Virus record (IMG/VR): IMGVR_UViG_3300036857_000619
Location: 60,824-124,823 of that record
Origin: a virus
Length of the DNA stretch: 64,000 nt
Reading direction: 5' to 3' (one strand)
Below, one piece after another: positions 9,882 to 19,151 of this stretch. The position numbers and the translations under genes are program-made. Every line of letters begins with the position of its first letter. Positions within the stretch are counted from its first letter, which is position 1. The notes beneath the pieces were generated by a model, which saw only the letters and a list, made by a program, of their open reading frames with translations, ran no database searches and was not told the origin of the DNA.

Positions 9882-10462
9882 TTCTGGGACTCGCCTCCGC
9901 CCTCACTACCTTCTTCGGCCTGGCCCTCGCCTTCGTCCTGGGCGTTCTCGGCCCGTGGCGGCCGCAGATAGCCCAGCTCGGTGATCACCATCACCCGCGC
10001 CTGCGGACTCAGCAGGTCCGCCTCGTGCTCCTCGAGTCCGGGAATCAGCGCGCACAGCGCCCGCGTCACGTAGCGCTGCCACTCCACCTCGCTCGAGCGC
10101 AGCTCGGGCTCCTCCTGGAGCTCGCGCACGACGGCGGCCAGCCCGCGCGCCGCGGAGACGATCGCCTCGGGCTCGTCGGACTGGTCCACGACATCCGCCA
10201 GCGTCTCCGCCGCGTCCCACAGCGTGCTGGGGATCGCGACGTTGGGATTGATCGGCTCGCGTGCGCTCAGCCAGCGATTGCGGGCGTCGTCGAGCTCGGC
10301 CGCGACGCTGGACGGGTAGCGGCCATTGGTCGTGACCCAGGCGAACAGCGTCTTGCCGTTGATCTCGATCGGGCGGCGCTCCTCGACCGTGTCGCCGAGT
10401 TTGAGGACGTCGAACTGCTTGGCGTGGCCATTGGCACGCGCCAGGGTTGGAATGCCCTGCAT
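9806..10462 (-). CDS. Tail assembly chaperone gpG, 218 aa
   Basis: Between tail tube and tape measure; acidic tail ending ...QNPPEM... at a slippery run. Confidence 0.7.
   Translation of the reverse strand: MQGIPTLARANGHAKQFDVLKLGDTVEERRPIEINGKTLFAWVTTNGRYPSSVAAELDDARNRWLSAREPINPNVAIPSTLWDAAETLADVVDQSDEPEAIVSAARGLAAVVRELQEEPELRSSEVEWQRYVTRALCALIPGLEEHEADLLSPQARVMVITELGYLRPPRAENAQDEGEGQAEEGSEGGGESQNPPEMGSIQSSIGAEPEPDSAATTE
9875..9881 (-). other. Putative -1 ribosomal slippery heptamer C CCC CCG
   Basis: Minus strand CAG AAC CCC CCG GAA; fits X XXY YYZ and lies inside the only overlap window of the two frames. Confidence 0.6.
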
Positions 10463-10475
10463 GGCTGGAACCAGC

Positions 10476-11042
10476 TCAGGTCAGGTCGCGGAACCAGATG
10501 ATCCGCGGTGGCGCGGCACTGGTGTCCGGCACGATGGCGTGGTTGAAGCTGATCTGGGCCGCGTCGTTGACGACGAAGTCGAGCGTCACGTCGCCAGTGG
10601 CAAAGCCCTTCCAGCCCACGACCCGGACGGGCTTGTTGTCGCCCGGATTCAGGATGTCGTAGCCGGTGGTGATGTACTGGTCAATGATCGTGCCCGAGAT
10701 CTGCAGCTCGTCATGACCTGCCACGGTGGTCGGCGTGCCCTGGCCCGTGCCTTCAGCCAGGTTGGCCATGTTGATCTGTGCCAGGCGGCACTCCATCGTG
10801 ATGTCGCGCGAGGTCGGGATACGCAGCACCGGGTCGACTTGCTGATCGACCAGGATGTCCTGGCGTTGGACGGCCAGCCGCACGTGCAGCCCGCCACTGG
10901 TGAAGCCCTTGTCCACCCACGTGCCACCCCAGGTCTGGCCCCACGGGATCGCGTCAGCTGGGAACGCGTTGGACGGCTGCCATGGCTCGGTGTAGACAAT
11001 CAGGTTCCTACCGGCCACTACCTGTGTTTGATCGCCCGGCAT
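10476..11042 (-). CDS. Major tail tube protein, 188 aa
   Basis: W..KGFTSGG...DILVDQ..DPV...PTSRDITMECRL pattern typical of siphovirus tail tubes; position after terminator-region genes. Confidence 0.8.
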   Translation of the reverse strand: MPGDQTQVVAGRNLIVYTEPWQPSNAFPADAIPWGQTWGGTWVDKGFTSGGLHVRLAVQRQDILVDQQVDPVLRIPTSRDITMECRLAQINMANLAEGTGQGTPTTVAGHDELQISGTIIDQYITTGYDILNPGDNKPVRVVGWKGFATGDVTLDFVVNDAAQISFNHAIVPDTSAAPPRIIWFRDLT

Positions 11043-11184
11043 CGCTGCATACCCCCTCGGCGGAGGAACGGCTCACAGCTCCGCGAGCTCGGTGCCCGAG
11101 GTGTGAGCGCTCTTCGGTTTGCAGCTCTTGGCGGGCAGCGTACGCAGTCCGCTGCCGCGAAGCGACCGGCAGGCCGGCAGTCGT

Positions 11185-11886
11185 TCAGGAGCTGGGCGGG
11201 ATTTCCGTCGCCTCTGGATCCGCGGCGGGCTCCTCGGTTTCAGCCGGTGCGGGCTCGCCGAAGTCAGGCAGTGGCTCGAGGTCGGACTCGTCGGCGGCTG
11301 GCTCCTGATCAAGCGGCTCGGGCGGCTCGGGCGGTGGCTCGGGATCGGGGACAGCCACGGCCACCACGTCCTCGGGCTCACTGGTCACGGCCAGCTCGGC
11401 CGCTGCTGGCACGGCGACGGCCACCACGCCCTCGCCGGCGACCAGCGGCGGCGGCGGGTCGACGATGTTGGCGGTCACCGCGCTGCCGCTGGTGGAGGTC
11501 GTCCAGGACTCCTGGGGCGCGGCGCCGTGCACGACCACCCCAGGCGCGAGCTCCGGCCCAGGCGCGGGTGGTGGTTCGGGTGCGACCCAGTTCGCCTGCG
11601 GGGCCGGGCCGTTCAGGATGACGCCCGGCGTGGAGCCCTCTGGCTCGCCGGTCCGCGTTGCCGTGTGCGGCACGCGACGCTGGGTCATGGCCGCCGGCTC
11701 CATGTACGGCGTGCCATAGGGGTAGACGTTGGGGATCTCGAAGCTGTGGCCGAGCGGCACCATCACCTGCGCCTCGGGTTCGCTCATGCCAGGGATCAGG
11801 TCGCCCACGTTGTAGAAGACGCCGCTGCCCGGCGGATACTCGAGCTGGCTGACGCCCGGCGCTCCGAGCCAGTAGACCGTGGCCAT
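11185..11886 (-). CDS. Pro/Glu-rich virion-associated hypothetical protein, 233 aa
   Basis: ACAGGAGG RBS; folded-looking N-terminal ~60 aa followed by acidic low complexity. Confidence 0.55.
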   Translation of the reverse strand: MATVYWLGAPGVSQLEYPPGSGVFYNVGDLIPGMSEPEAQVMVPLGHSFEIPNVYPYGTPYMEPAAMTQRRVPHTATRTGEPEGSTPGVILNGPAPQANWVAPEPPPAPGPELAPGVVVHGAAPQESWTTSTSGSAVTANIVDPPPPLVAGEGVVAVAVPAAAELAVTSEPEDVVAVAVPDPEPPPEPPEPLDQEPAADESDLEPLPDFGEPAPAETEEPAADPEATEIPPSS

Positions 11887-12000
11887 TATCAGTGACCTCC
11901 TGTCAGGAACTGCGCGTCAGTGCGACATGACACGCGCGCTGTGCAATCTCGCCGCGCGGCGAATTTCCGAATGGTCCAACCAATACTGGTCATGTCAGCG

Positions 12001-12522
12001 TCACTGCAGGCGCACCGGCACCGGCGGCCGACGGCTGTTGATCTCCGCCATTAACTGCTCGGCGCGCGCCTTGCTGATCGGCTCCAGGACGCCGATCGCG
12101 ATGGCGATGATGTCCACGCCGGGCTCGTTCGGACGCAGCGCCTGGGCGGTCAGCGGGTGGCCGGCGGCCAGGTGCGGCGCCCAGTCCAGCAGGCGGTGGC
12201 GCAGCGTGCTGTCGCCGCGGACCTGCGCGTAGCCCCACAGCGCGCCCTCAAGCCCGCGGAATGGGCGGTACACGCCCATATACGTCAGGTACTCGTGCAG
12301 CCCGTTGCAGTTGTGCAGCTCGGGCACCGAGCAGCGATAGCGCTCGCCGGTCATGCCGTCGCGATTGCGGACCAGGAAATACTGGCTGTCGCGCAGGCGG
12401 CGGTACGCGGTCAGGTGTTCGGGCAGCAGCAGGTCGGGCACGCGCAGATGGCTCAGCCCGCGCTCGCGCATGAACCGCGTCAGTTGCTCGGTGTCGAGCC
12501 AGTTTTCGCCCGCCTGGCTCAC
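12001..12522 (-). CDS. Hypothetical protein (173 aa) with Cys/His cluster
   Basis: GTG 12522 overlaps the terminator gene stop; RYRCSVPELHNCNGLHEY motif. Confidence 0.6.
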   Translation of the reverse strand: MSQAGENWLDTEQLTRFMRERGLSHLRVPDLLLPEHLTAYRRLRDSQYFLVRNRDGMTGERYRCSVPELHNCNGLHEYLTYMGVYRPFRGLEGALWGYAQVRGDSTLRHRLLDWAPHLAAGHPLTAQALRPNEPGVDIIAIAIGVLEPISKARAEQLMAEINSRRPPVPVRLQ

Positions 12523-12986
12523 GCGGCCACCGGTAGCCGCGCGTGCTGGACCAGGTAGCTCATCAACGCCCGGTCCCAGTCCGTGCCTGGCTCGGGCAGC
12601 GTGAGCGGCTCGCTGGTCTGGGGCAGGATGGTGTAGACGATCAGCCCCGCGGCGTGGAAACCCATCGGGGTGCCGCTGCTGGCCGGCGGGCACAGCGCCG
12701 GCTCGGCTGTCCGCCACAGCAGGCGCGCGGTGCGGCGCCGCACGTTCGGCGAGGGCCCCGAGCCGTAGAAGTGCAGGTCGACGCGGCCCCAGCGCCGCTC
12801 GTCGTAGGCCGACGGCGGCAGCCCGCCCACGGCGCGCACGATGATCGCGTACGTCGGCATCGGCCAGGCGCGGCGGCCCTCTGGGAACGCGGCCGAAATC
12901 CGATCGCCGCACAGCGCCACGACCTCGGGACTCGAGCGGAGGCGCTGGATGATCGCTGCCGGCAGGTCGCCGAGCACGACCGCCAT
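12519..12986 (-). CDS. Tail terminator protein (155 aa)
   Basis: IIQRLRSSPEVVALCGDRIS...MPTYAIIV...RVDLHFYG pattern; ATG 12986 coupled to the gp10-like stop. Confidence 0.65.
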   Translation of the reverse strand: MAVVLGDLPAAIIQRLRSSPEVVALCGDRISAAFPEGRRAWPMPTYAIIVRAVGGLPPSAYDERRWGRVDLHFYGSGPSPNVRRRTARLLWRTAEPALCPPASSGTPMGFHAAGLIVYTILPQTSEPLTLPEPGTDWDRALMSYLVQHARLPVAA

Positions 12987-13444
12987 CAGTCGCTGCGGCC
13001 TTTCAGCTCCTGGGCCAGGTACGTGCGGATGCGCGGGGCGATGAAGTCCATCGTCTGGCGCAGCGGGAAGTGGCCCTCGTAGTTGCGCGTGCCGAACTCG
13101 TGGTAGATCGCCTCGGGCGCCTGCCCGAGATCCACGCTGCCGGTGAAGCGCACGCGATTGCGAGCGCTGCGCCGCACGAGGAAGCGCCCGGCATCCCTTT
13201 CGTTGCCGGTCATGTACGGGTGCAGCTGCGGCTGCCAGACGACGTCCTCCCAATAGTTGCGCGCGTCGGCGGCGGCTCGCTGCATGGCACGCTCGGTCGC
13301 CTCGTTCATCGTCGCCAGGACCTTGTTGCCGTTCCACACGTAGCGGATCTGGGCGCCGCGAAAGAGGCTCGGCGTGGCGCGCCCGAACACGCTCTTGATG
13401 CCGCTGGGAACCGGACGGCGGCTGCGGAAGCGTCGGAAGGGCAT
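12986..13444 (-). CDS. HK97 gp10-like tail completion/neck protein, 152 aa
   Basis: TGNERD..., AIYHEFGTRN, HFPLRQTM motifs resemble gp10-like family; synteny. Confidence 0.65.
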   Translation of the reverse strand: MPFRRFRSRRPVPSGIKSVFGRATPSLFRGAQIRYVWNGNKVLATMNEATERAMQRAAADARNYWEDVVWQPQLHPYMTGNERDAGRFLVRRSARNRVRFTGSVDLGQAPEAIYHEFGTRNYEGHFPLRQTMDFIAPRIRTYLAQELKGRSD

Positions 13445-13455
13445 GCGGTCTATCT

Positions 13456-13902
13456 CTATCCAGGCTCGTGCGGGGTGGTCGTCTCGCGCAGCAGCCAGCT
13501 CTGGTACACGCGTGGGCCGCCAGGCGCGATATCGGCGGGCTCTTCGGCCACGCCGCGCTTGACGTAGATGTGGCCCTCGCTGTCGCGCACGTCGTGCACC
13601 TCGTCACCGGCCTGCAGCGGATCGCCATAGGCGACGAACAGGATCGGTCGATCGACGAGCTCGGTGCCGTGGTCGGTGCGCACCAGGCGCGTGCTGGTCT
13701 GGTTGCCAGCCGCCTCGTACAGGCATGGCTGGTTCGGCACGGGCGTGCCGTAGGTCATCTCCGGCTGGTTGTAGTCGTCGAGCCCGTCAGGATCCTCCGG
13801 GACCTGGCCGCTGTCGAGGACGTCGACCACCGGCACGCGCGTGTAGCGATGACGCAGGTAGCGCGTGATGCGGTGACGGGCGAAGGTGTTCCTGGGGAAC
13901 AC
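13456..13902 (-). CDS. Head closure (stopper) protein, ~148 aa; start uncertain
   Basis: Beta-rich pattern (PCLYE, RPILFV..GDPLQAGDEV.DV) upstream of the gp10-like gene; GTG 13902 chosen over the track's 14061. Confidence 0.55.
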   Translation of the reverse strand: MFPRNTFARHRITRYLRHRYTRVPVVDVLDSGQVPEDPDGLDDYNQPEMTYGTPVPNQPCLYEAAGNQTSTRLVRTDHGTELVDRPILFVAYGDPLQAGDEVHDVRDSEGHIYVKRGVAEEPADIAPGGPRVYQSWLLRETTTPHEPG

Positions 13903-14005
13903 CGGACGATTGTCCCGCCACACTTTCGGAAGCGCCAAGCTCCAGGCCGGCGTCCGCGTGTGGTCCCAGCGGCCGCGGCACCGGCAACTGCCGGTCGCAC
14001 ATGCC

Positions 14006-14413
14006 TCAGTAGGCTGTCTCGGGAACCTGTTCCCGGCGTCGGCCGTGCTCGCGGTGGACACGCTCGAGCTTGAGCGCGGCGACCACGCGCAGCATGGTCA
14101 GCAGCTCGTCCTGCTCCGCCGGCGGCAGCTGGGCCACGTAGCCATTCAGCTCGAGCAGCCGCTCTGGCCAGGCCGTCGCCTCGGGCAACTCGCCCTCGCC
14201 CTGCTCGCCGATCAGCACACTGACGCGACTGCCGAGCGCGACGGCGAGCGCCTGCAGCGTCTGAAGCGTCGGCGATCGCTCGTCGGCCTCGTAACTGGAG
14301 ATGCTCGACTGGGGCTTGTCGATCAGCACGGCGAGCTCGCTCTGCTTGAGCCCACGCTGCTGGCGTAGATACTTGAGTCGCTGGCCGAACGTGCGCGGCC
14401 CGTTGGCGATCAT
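14006..14413 (-). CDS. XRE-family HTH transcriptional regulator, 135 aa
   Basis: FGQRLKYLRQQRGLKQSELAVLIDKPQSSISSYEADERSPTLQTLQALAVALG is a canonical HTH_3. Confidence 0.88.
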   Translation of the reverse strand: MIANGPRTFGQRLKYLRQQRGLKQSELAVLIDKPQSSISSYEADERSPTLQTLQALAVALGSRVSVLIGEQGEGELPEATAWPERLLELNGYVAQLPPAEQDELLTMLRVVAALKLERVHREHGRRREQVPETAY

Positions 14414-14417
14414 ACGA

Positions 14418-14436
14418 ATATCGTCCCAGACGATAT
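14418..14436. promoter_or_regulatory. Palindromic operator candidate ATATCGTC-CCA-GACGATAT
   Basis: Perfect 8-bp inverted repeat 4 nt upstream of the XRE start codon. Confidence 0.6.
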
Positions 14437-15011
14437 CACGTACTCAGATATTGCCTGTGGAACGCCTGGGCGAACGCCGTGGCGCCGCAGATGACAGCCG
14501 CGTGATGTGTCCGAGTTGTACTGAATATGCCTGCTCCTCGGGCTTTTGCGGGTGTCCCGAGAGTCGCTCCAGGGGAACTATCTTCGGTTGTGCGGGATAG
14601 TGGGGGGCGATAAACTCCCCGGTCGCGACACCCTGGTGCGGCCCGTACCCGGACAAGGTCCAAGTCGCGGAGGGCGACGCTGCCGGGCAGCGTTAGGAGC
14701 TACCCGACAGCGCCTTTTCGGGACGGGCGGGCCAACCCAGCGGTCTCAACTACAGACCCCTGTGAACGCCCGTTCCGGAATCGAAGCCTATCAGTCTGCA
14801 CACTAAGTGTGCGACTGAGAATGGTGCCGGAGTTCGCACCGTTTTCCTCACGAATCGACCACAGTCAGGTTTCGGGCGTCGTGAGTAATAGAACAGAATT
14901 TCTGTTTTTACTCTCATTTTCTGCCAAGGCGCTGCTCCTAAAGAGGCCGGCCTTCTTAACAGAAATTCCCTCCAAGAACTCTTTGAAAAAACGGGGCTAA
15001 ACCATGCCGGA

Positions 15012-15025
15012 AGAACGTATGTTCT
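15012..15025. promoter_or_regulatory. LexA (SOS/Cheo-type) box AGAAC-GTAT-GTTCT
   Basis: Exact match to AGAAC-N4-GTTCT; overlaps the stop of 15024..15425 at the edge of the ~600-bp intergenic gap. Confidence 0.6.
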
Positions 15026-15425
15026 AGCTGGAGCGCGTCACGTCGGCGCGGAAGGTGAGCGTCCCGGAGGCCACCGTCCACACCTCGCCCGTCGGTTCCC
15101 GCCACTGCACGTCGATCTGCACCGGCGAGTCCAGCGGCGGCAGCACGGCGCTCGCCGCGGGCGTGAGCTGCACCCTCAGCACGCCTGGGCTCGGGTTGGT
15201 GATCACGCCCTGGTCGCTGCCAAGCTGCGTCACCTGGAACAGCGCTTCCGTGTCGTCGACGGCGTTCCGCCACCACTTGCCGGTGCACCACCACTGGCCC
15301 TCGCTGAGATCGGCGAGCGCGCCCTGGCGCGCCACGGTGATCTCGAAGACGACCGTGTCGCCGCGAAAACACGCGTCGTCGATCTCGGCGATCTCGGGCG
15401 GCAGCGCGTAGCCGGATCCAGTCAT
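15024..15425 (-). CDS. BppU N-terminal-like domain protein, 133 aa
   Basis: RGDT..F.ITV...DLS......G.LRVQLTPA.S..L......DVQW....EVWTVASGTLT..ADVT pattern. Confidence 0.6.
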   Translation of the reverse strand: MTGSGYALPPEIAEIDDACFRGDTVVFEITVARQGALADLSEGQWWCTGKWWRNAVDDTEALFQVTQLGSDQGVITNPSPGVLRVQLTPAASAVLPPLDSPVQIDVQWREPTGEVWTVASGTLTFRADVTRSS

Positions 15426-15595
15426 CGGACCGGGATCTGCGAAACCGTCGTCGTCGGTCCCAATCGGCGGTAGGTCGAGACCGGCTGGCCCGCGGTTGGG
15501 CCAGGGCCTGGACCAGGTCCGACGCTCAGCTGCATCGGGCTGGCTGGCACGACCGCGCCGAGCTGTGTGAGCGGCGTGCCCAGGATGGACGTCAT
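15422..15595 (-). CDS. Small Pro/Gly-rich hypothetical protein (57 aa)
   Basis: ATG 15595 overlaps the fibre gene stop; its stop overlaps the next start. Confidence 0.4.
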   Translation of the reverse strand: MTSILGTPLTQLGAVVPASPMQLSVGPGPGPGPTAGQPVSTYRRLGPTTTVSQIPVR

Positions 15596-18069
15596 CAGCC
15601 GGTCTGCTCGACGAGGAGGTGGCGCAGCGTAGTGACGCCAGTCATCGTTCCACCACTCGTGTTCCATCGGCCGCGAATGGTGTGTGACCCGGCTGCCACG
15701 TCGGTCCAGATGGCAAAGATGGTCGCGGCTGTACGGCCGTTGGTGGATGGCATGCGCGTGCTGATCTGACCCTTCTCGGCTGTTGCGTCCAACTGCAACG
15801 CGATATTCAGATCGTTGGACAGCGTTGAGTGGCTGAGCGTGATACTCAGCCACGCGACCAGGGTGCACGTCGCGGCGGGATTGACCGTGACGGTCATGTC
15901 CGGAATGTCGGCATAGGTCGCGGAGGTGGTCGATGGCCCTGATTGCACGCCTTCGGCAGAGCCGACGATGCGTACGCCAATCGACCCTTGCGGTCCTTGC
16001 AGTCCCTGCGGGCCGGCCGGACCCTGAATGCCCTGCGGCCCCTGCGCCCCGGCCGTCCCGGCCGCGCCCTGCGGTCCCGTGTCGCCTTTGGCACCCGCGA
16101 TGCCTACATCCCCCTTCGGCCCCTGCGGTCCCTGGAGGCCATCCGCGCCGGCTGGGCCCTGTGCCCCCTGCGGCCCCTGCGCGCCGCTGGCGCCCACATC
16201 CCCCTTTGGGCCCTGCGCACCCGCCGGGCCGACGTCGCCTTGCGGACCTGGCGGACCCGCCGGACCCTGCGCGCCGATCGGCCCCGCTGGACCCTGTGGC
16301 CCGGCCACACCCGTCGCCCCATCCACGCCCGGCGCACCGACCGGGCCACTCGCTCCGACCCCGCCCACCGGCCCCCGAATGTTGGTCGAGGTCTGATTCC
16401 AGCCCGACGGTCCCGTCTCCGGGTTGTCGAACGACCAGAGCTGACCGTCGTCCTGGACGTACATGTCGCCAGGTCGCCCCAGCGTGGGCAGTGGCGCGCC
16501 ACTGCCCGTGTACCACTGCGGAACGGGCGAGCCCTCGGCCAGGATGCTCAGGATGGCGTCCGCGCCGCTGTTGGGCGAGGCCCCAAGCCCGTCGAGGACG
16601 CTGACGGTGTACTCGAAGTAGGTGCCCTGATCCACGGGCGGCTGCATCACTTCGTACTTGACCCAGCGCGTCGAGTCGGTCTTCTGCTGCAAGCGGATGT
16701 TGTCGCCGACCTCGACCGCGCGCAGCTCGGCGCTGAGATCGACGTTGCTCACGTTGTTGTCGTCGACCCAGAGCTTCGTCGCACTCAACCAGTCGACCGT
16801 GTCCGTGCGCACCTGCATGTTGTTGGGCGGAGTGGTGTTCTGGCTGTTCCAGGTCCACGTGCTGGTGTAGATCGCGTTCGCGTCGCCCGGTGGCCCCTGC
16901 TGGCCTTGCGGCCCGGCCGGGCCGGGGTCGCCCTGCGGCCCAGCGACACCGTCCGCTCCCGTCGGCCCCACCGCGCCTGGTGCACCGGGCGGTCCGATTG
17001 GGCCGGGGTCGCCTTGCGGTCCCTGTTGGCCAACTGGCCCCTGGAGCCCCGCGTCGCCCTTCGGTCCAGCCACGCCAGCAGCACCCTCTGGGCCAGCCGG
17101 GCCAACCGCTCCAGGCGGACCCTCTGGGCCGGCCGGACCTTCGGCGCCTTGCGGTCCAGCTGGGCCCTGCGGGCCGGGCGCGCCTGGCTGACCCGCCGAC
17201 ACGAACAGGTCCCAGTGGTTGGGATCGTCCTCCGGCTCGGCCGGCGCCGGCGCGGCAACGTCCATGATGCACACGTAGGCGCACCCGTTGTCGCAGGTCG
17301 CGATGTCGTTGACCGCATAGCTCGTGTTGGCGTCCCACAGCCCACGCCAGACGCGCTCTGGTCCGACCGGCCCCATCGGTCCGGGTGGGCCCTGAGCGCC
17401 CATGGGCCCTTGCGGGCCCGGCAGCCCCGTCGGTCCGGGCGTCGGCAGCGTGGGCTGGTAATCGGCCGGGATCGCGCCGACGACCAGGCTGACGTTGTCG
17501 AACGAGAAGTCGAACTGGCCCATGCCTGCCAGCACGACCGTGACGCCCACGGGCGGGCCGGCCGGGATCGAGCCCAGCAGCCGCACGATCTGCCAGTCAT
17601 CGGTGCCATCGAGCGGCTGGGGCAGCGTGAAGCCGAACGCGCCGATGACGCCGACGACGGCCTGCACCTGCGCGCCGAGGGGTGCGCTGACCAGGAACGA
17701 CAGCGACACGTCAGTGCCGTTCAGCGCGCACACCGACGGGTCGATCGTCTGCGCCAGCAGATTGGCCGCGGCGCTGGTGCCGTGCAACCTGGCAGCCGAC
17801 GCCGAGCCGGCTGGCGCGGTCGAGGCTTCCTGTTCGACACTGGCGACCTCGCCGTTGGCGTTGGCCATCAGGAACCAGCCGGTGGCGGTCTCCTGGTCGC
17901 TCTGATCGAACGGGCCTGGGCCGAGCGGCCAGTCCTCGAAGCCGCCGTTCTGCAGCAGATTCGGCCGCGGCATGTCGAAGTTGACCGCCTCGTTGGAGAC
18001 GCGTTGCACGGCTGCCGGCTGCGTGCCGGGCACCATGGGTGTCGCGCCGAACGCTTCGATGACCGTCAT
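15595..18069 (-). CDS. Collagen-like fibre protein (~824 aa) with N-terminal CBM-like and C-terminal BclA-like beta domains
   Basis: Three Gly-X-Y tracts; [14 protein letters not shown] (CBM4/9-like start); [11 protein letters not shown] motif; ATG 18069 follows the upstream stop. Confidence 0.8.
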   Translation of the reverse strand: MTVIEAFGATPMVPGTQPAAVQRVSNEAVNFDMPRPNLLQNGGFEDWPLGPGPFDQSDQETATGWFLMANANGEVASVEQEASTAPAGSASAARLHGTSAAANLLAQTIDPSVCALNGTDVSLSFLVSAPLGAQVQAVVGVIGAFGFTLPQPLDGTDDWQIVRLLGSIPAGPPVGVTVVLAGMGQFDFSFDNVSLVVGAIPADYQPTLPTPGPTGLPGPQGPMGAQGPPGPMGPVGPERVWRGLWDANTSYAVNDIATCDNGCAYVCIMDVAAPAPAEPEDDPNHWDLFVSAGQPGAPGPQGPAGPQGAEGPAGPEGPPGAVGPAGPEGAAGVAGPKGDAGLQGPVGQQGPQGDPGPIGPPGAPGAVGPTGADGVAGPQGDPGPAGPQGQQGPPGDANAIYTSTWTWNSQNTTPPNNMQVRTDTVDWLSATKLWVDDNNVSNVDLSAELRAVEVGDNIRLQQKTDSTRWVKYEVMQPPVDQGTYFEYTVSVLDGLGASPNSGADAILSILAEGSPVPQWYTGSGAPLPTLGRPGDMYVQDDGQLWSFDNPETGPSGWNQTSTNIRGPVGGVGASGPVGAPGVDGATGVAGPQGPAGPIGAQGPAGPPGPQGDVGPAGAQGPKGDVGASGAQGPQGAQGPAGADGLQGPQGPKGDVGIAGAKGDTGPQGAAGTAGAQGPQGIQGPAGPQGLQGPQGSIGVRIVGSAEGVQSGPSTTSATYADIPDMTVTVNPAATCTLVAWLSITLSHSTLSNDLNIALQLDATAEKGQISTRMPSTNGRTAATIFAIWTDVAAGSHTIRGRWNTSGGTMTGVTTLRHLLVEQTG

Positions 18070-18073
18070 GACG

Positions 18074-18619
18074 TCATGGCCCCGTCGTGGCGTAGCTGAT
18101 GACCACCCGCTCGCTGCCGCTGAAGCCCCCCGCAAAGGTGACGGTCTTGTCCGTGACCGAGTAATGACCCGCCGCGCGTGACTGGATCACTCCGTTGCGC
18201 GAGACCATGAACACCGGGTTGGGCGTCATGCTCAGCGTCACCTGGTTGGCCCCACCAGTGGGCAGGAACTCCTCGAGCTGGATGCTGAGCGTGGCGACCT
18301 GCAGCAACGCGCTCAGCCCATCGTGGGTCAGAACCGCCGCGATGCTGGTGCCCGAGGCCCAGGCGCGCGCGGTGCGAACGCCGCGAAACGGCTCGGCCGC
18401 CCGCTCGACGCCGAGCGTGGCGGTGCCCTGCCCGGCCGTGACGCGCAGGACTTCCCAGGGCCCGTTCGTCGCGTCGCTGAACAGCACGGCGCGGTACACG
18501 CCGCTGCCAGGCCACGCTGACGCGTCGGCGGCCTGGATCGGAATCACGGTCGTGCTGGCGTCGATCGCGGCGCTGAGCGTGCTCTGCAGCCCGTTGCCGG
18601 CCAGCACTTCCATCGTCAT
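18074..18619 (-). CDS. Hypothetical virion protein (fibre adaptor/neck-like), 181 aa
   Basis: [15 protein letters not shown]...WP...EVLRVTA...LGVERA pattern seen in phage structural proteins; coupled spacing. Confidence 0.5.
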   Translation of the reverse strand: MTMEVLAGNGLQSTLSAAIDASTTVIPIQAADASAWPGSGVYRAVLFSDATNGPWEVLRVTAGQGTATLGVERAAEPFRGVRTARAWASGTSIAAVLTHDGLSALLQVATLSIQLEEFLPTGGANQVTLSMTPNPVFMVSRNGVIQSRAAGHYSVTDKTVTFAGGFSGSERVVISYATTGP

Positions 18620-18631
18620 GACGCGACCTGA

Positions 18632-19102
18632 CTACCCCCAGCTGGGGCCCACGGGCGGGCGGCTGTACCCCGGCCGGACATCGCCGCGGCCACCGGCGGC
18701 GAGCACCATTGCCGGCGGCAGCACGCTTTCGGGCAGCGTGTCCGGGATCGTGCTGATCGCGCCGAGCTCCTCGAGCGCCTGGGATCGCAGGAAGCTGTAG
18801 AGCGCGTTCAGATCCTTGGGCACGAGCGTGACCGCGTACTGCGCGAAGCGCTCGCTGGCGATCTGCGTCAGGCGCAGCGCCAGGCGGGCGGCTGTCAGAT
18901 AGATGGTCGCCAGACGCACGTGGGCGCGATCGGCTGGATCGGTGTGGACCAGCGCGTCGGGGTCGATCGCGAGCACCTCCGCCTCCGCGGCGCCCTGGTA
19001 GACGTCGCGGTGGATGATGTCGTCTGGCAGCTCGTCTGGACCGAGATCCGGGCTCAGTGCCGCCCGAACCTCGGGATAGTCGGCGGGCGTCAGAATAGAC
19101 AC
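18632..19102 (-). CDS. Head-tail connector (gp6/gp15-like adaptor), 156 aa
   Basis: YPEVRAAL...LPDDII...AAEAEV...VRLATIYLTAARL helical pattern; position after the capsid cluster. Confidence 0.65.
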   Translation of the reverse strand: MSILTPADYPEVRAALSPDLGPDELPDDIIHRDVYQGAAEAEVLAIDPDALVHTDPADRAHVRLATIYLTAARLALRLTQIASERFAQYAVTLVPKDLNALYSFLRSQALEELGAISTIPDTLPESVLPPAMVLAAGGRGDVRPGYSRPPVGPSWG

Positions 19103-19151
19103 GCCTGGAATCCTGGGTAATCCCCTGGCGTCAGAAGATCAGTCGGCACGG

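Noticed and set aside
15960-17450. Dense 9-bp periodic repeats
   Set aside because: Collagen coding periodicity, not CRISPR or a DNA-level repeat element.
15422-18099. 638-aa (-) and 718-aa (+) ORFs over the collagen gene
   Set aside because: Alternative-frame readings of Gly-X-Y codons; only the last 57 codons (15422..15595) look like a real coupled gene.
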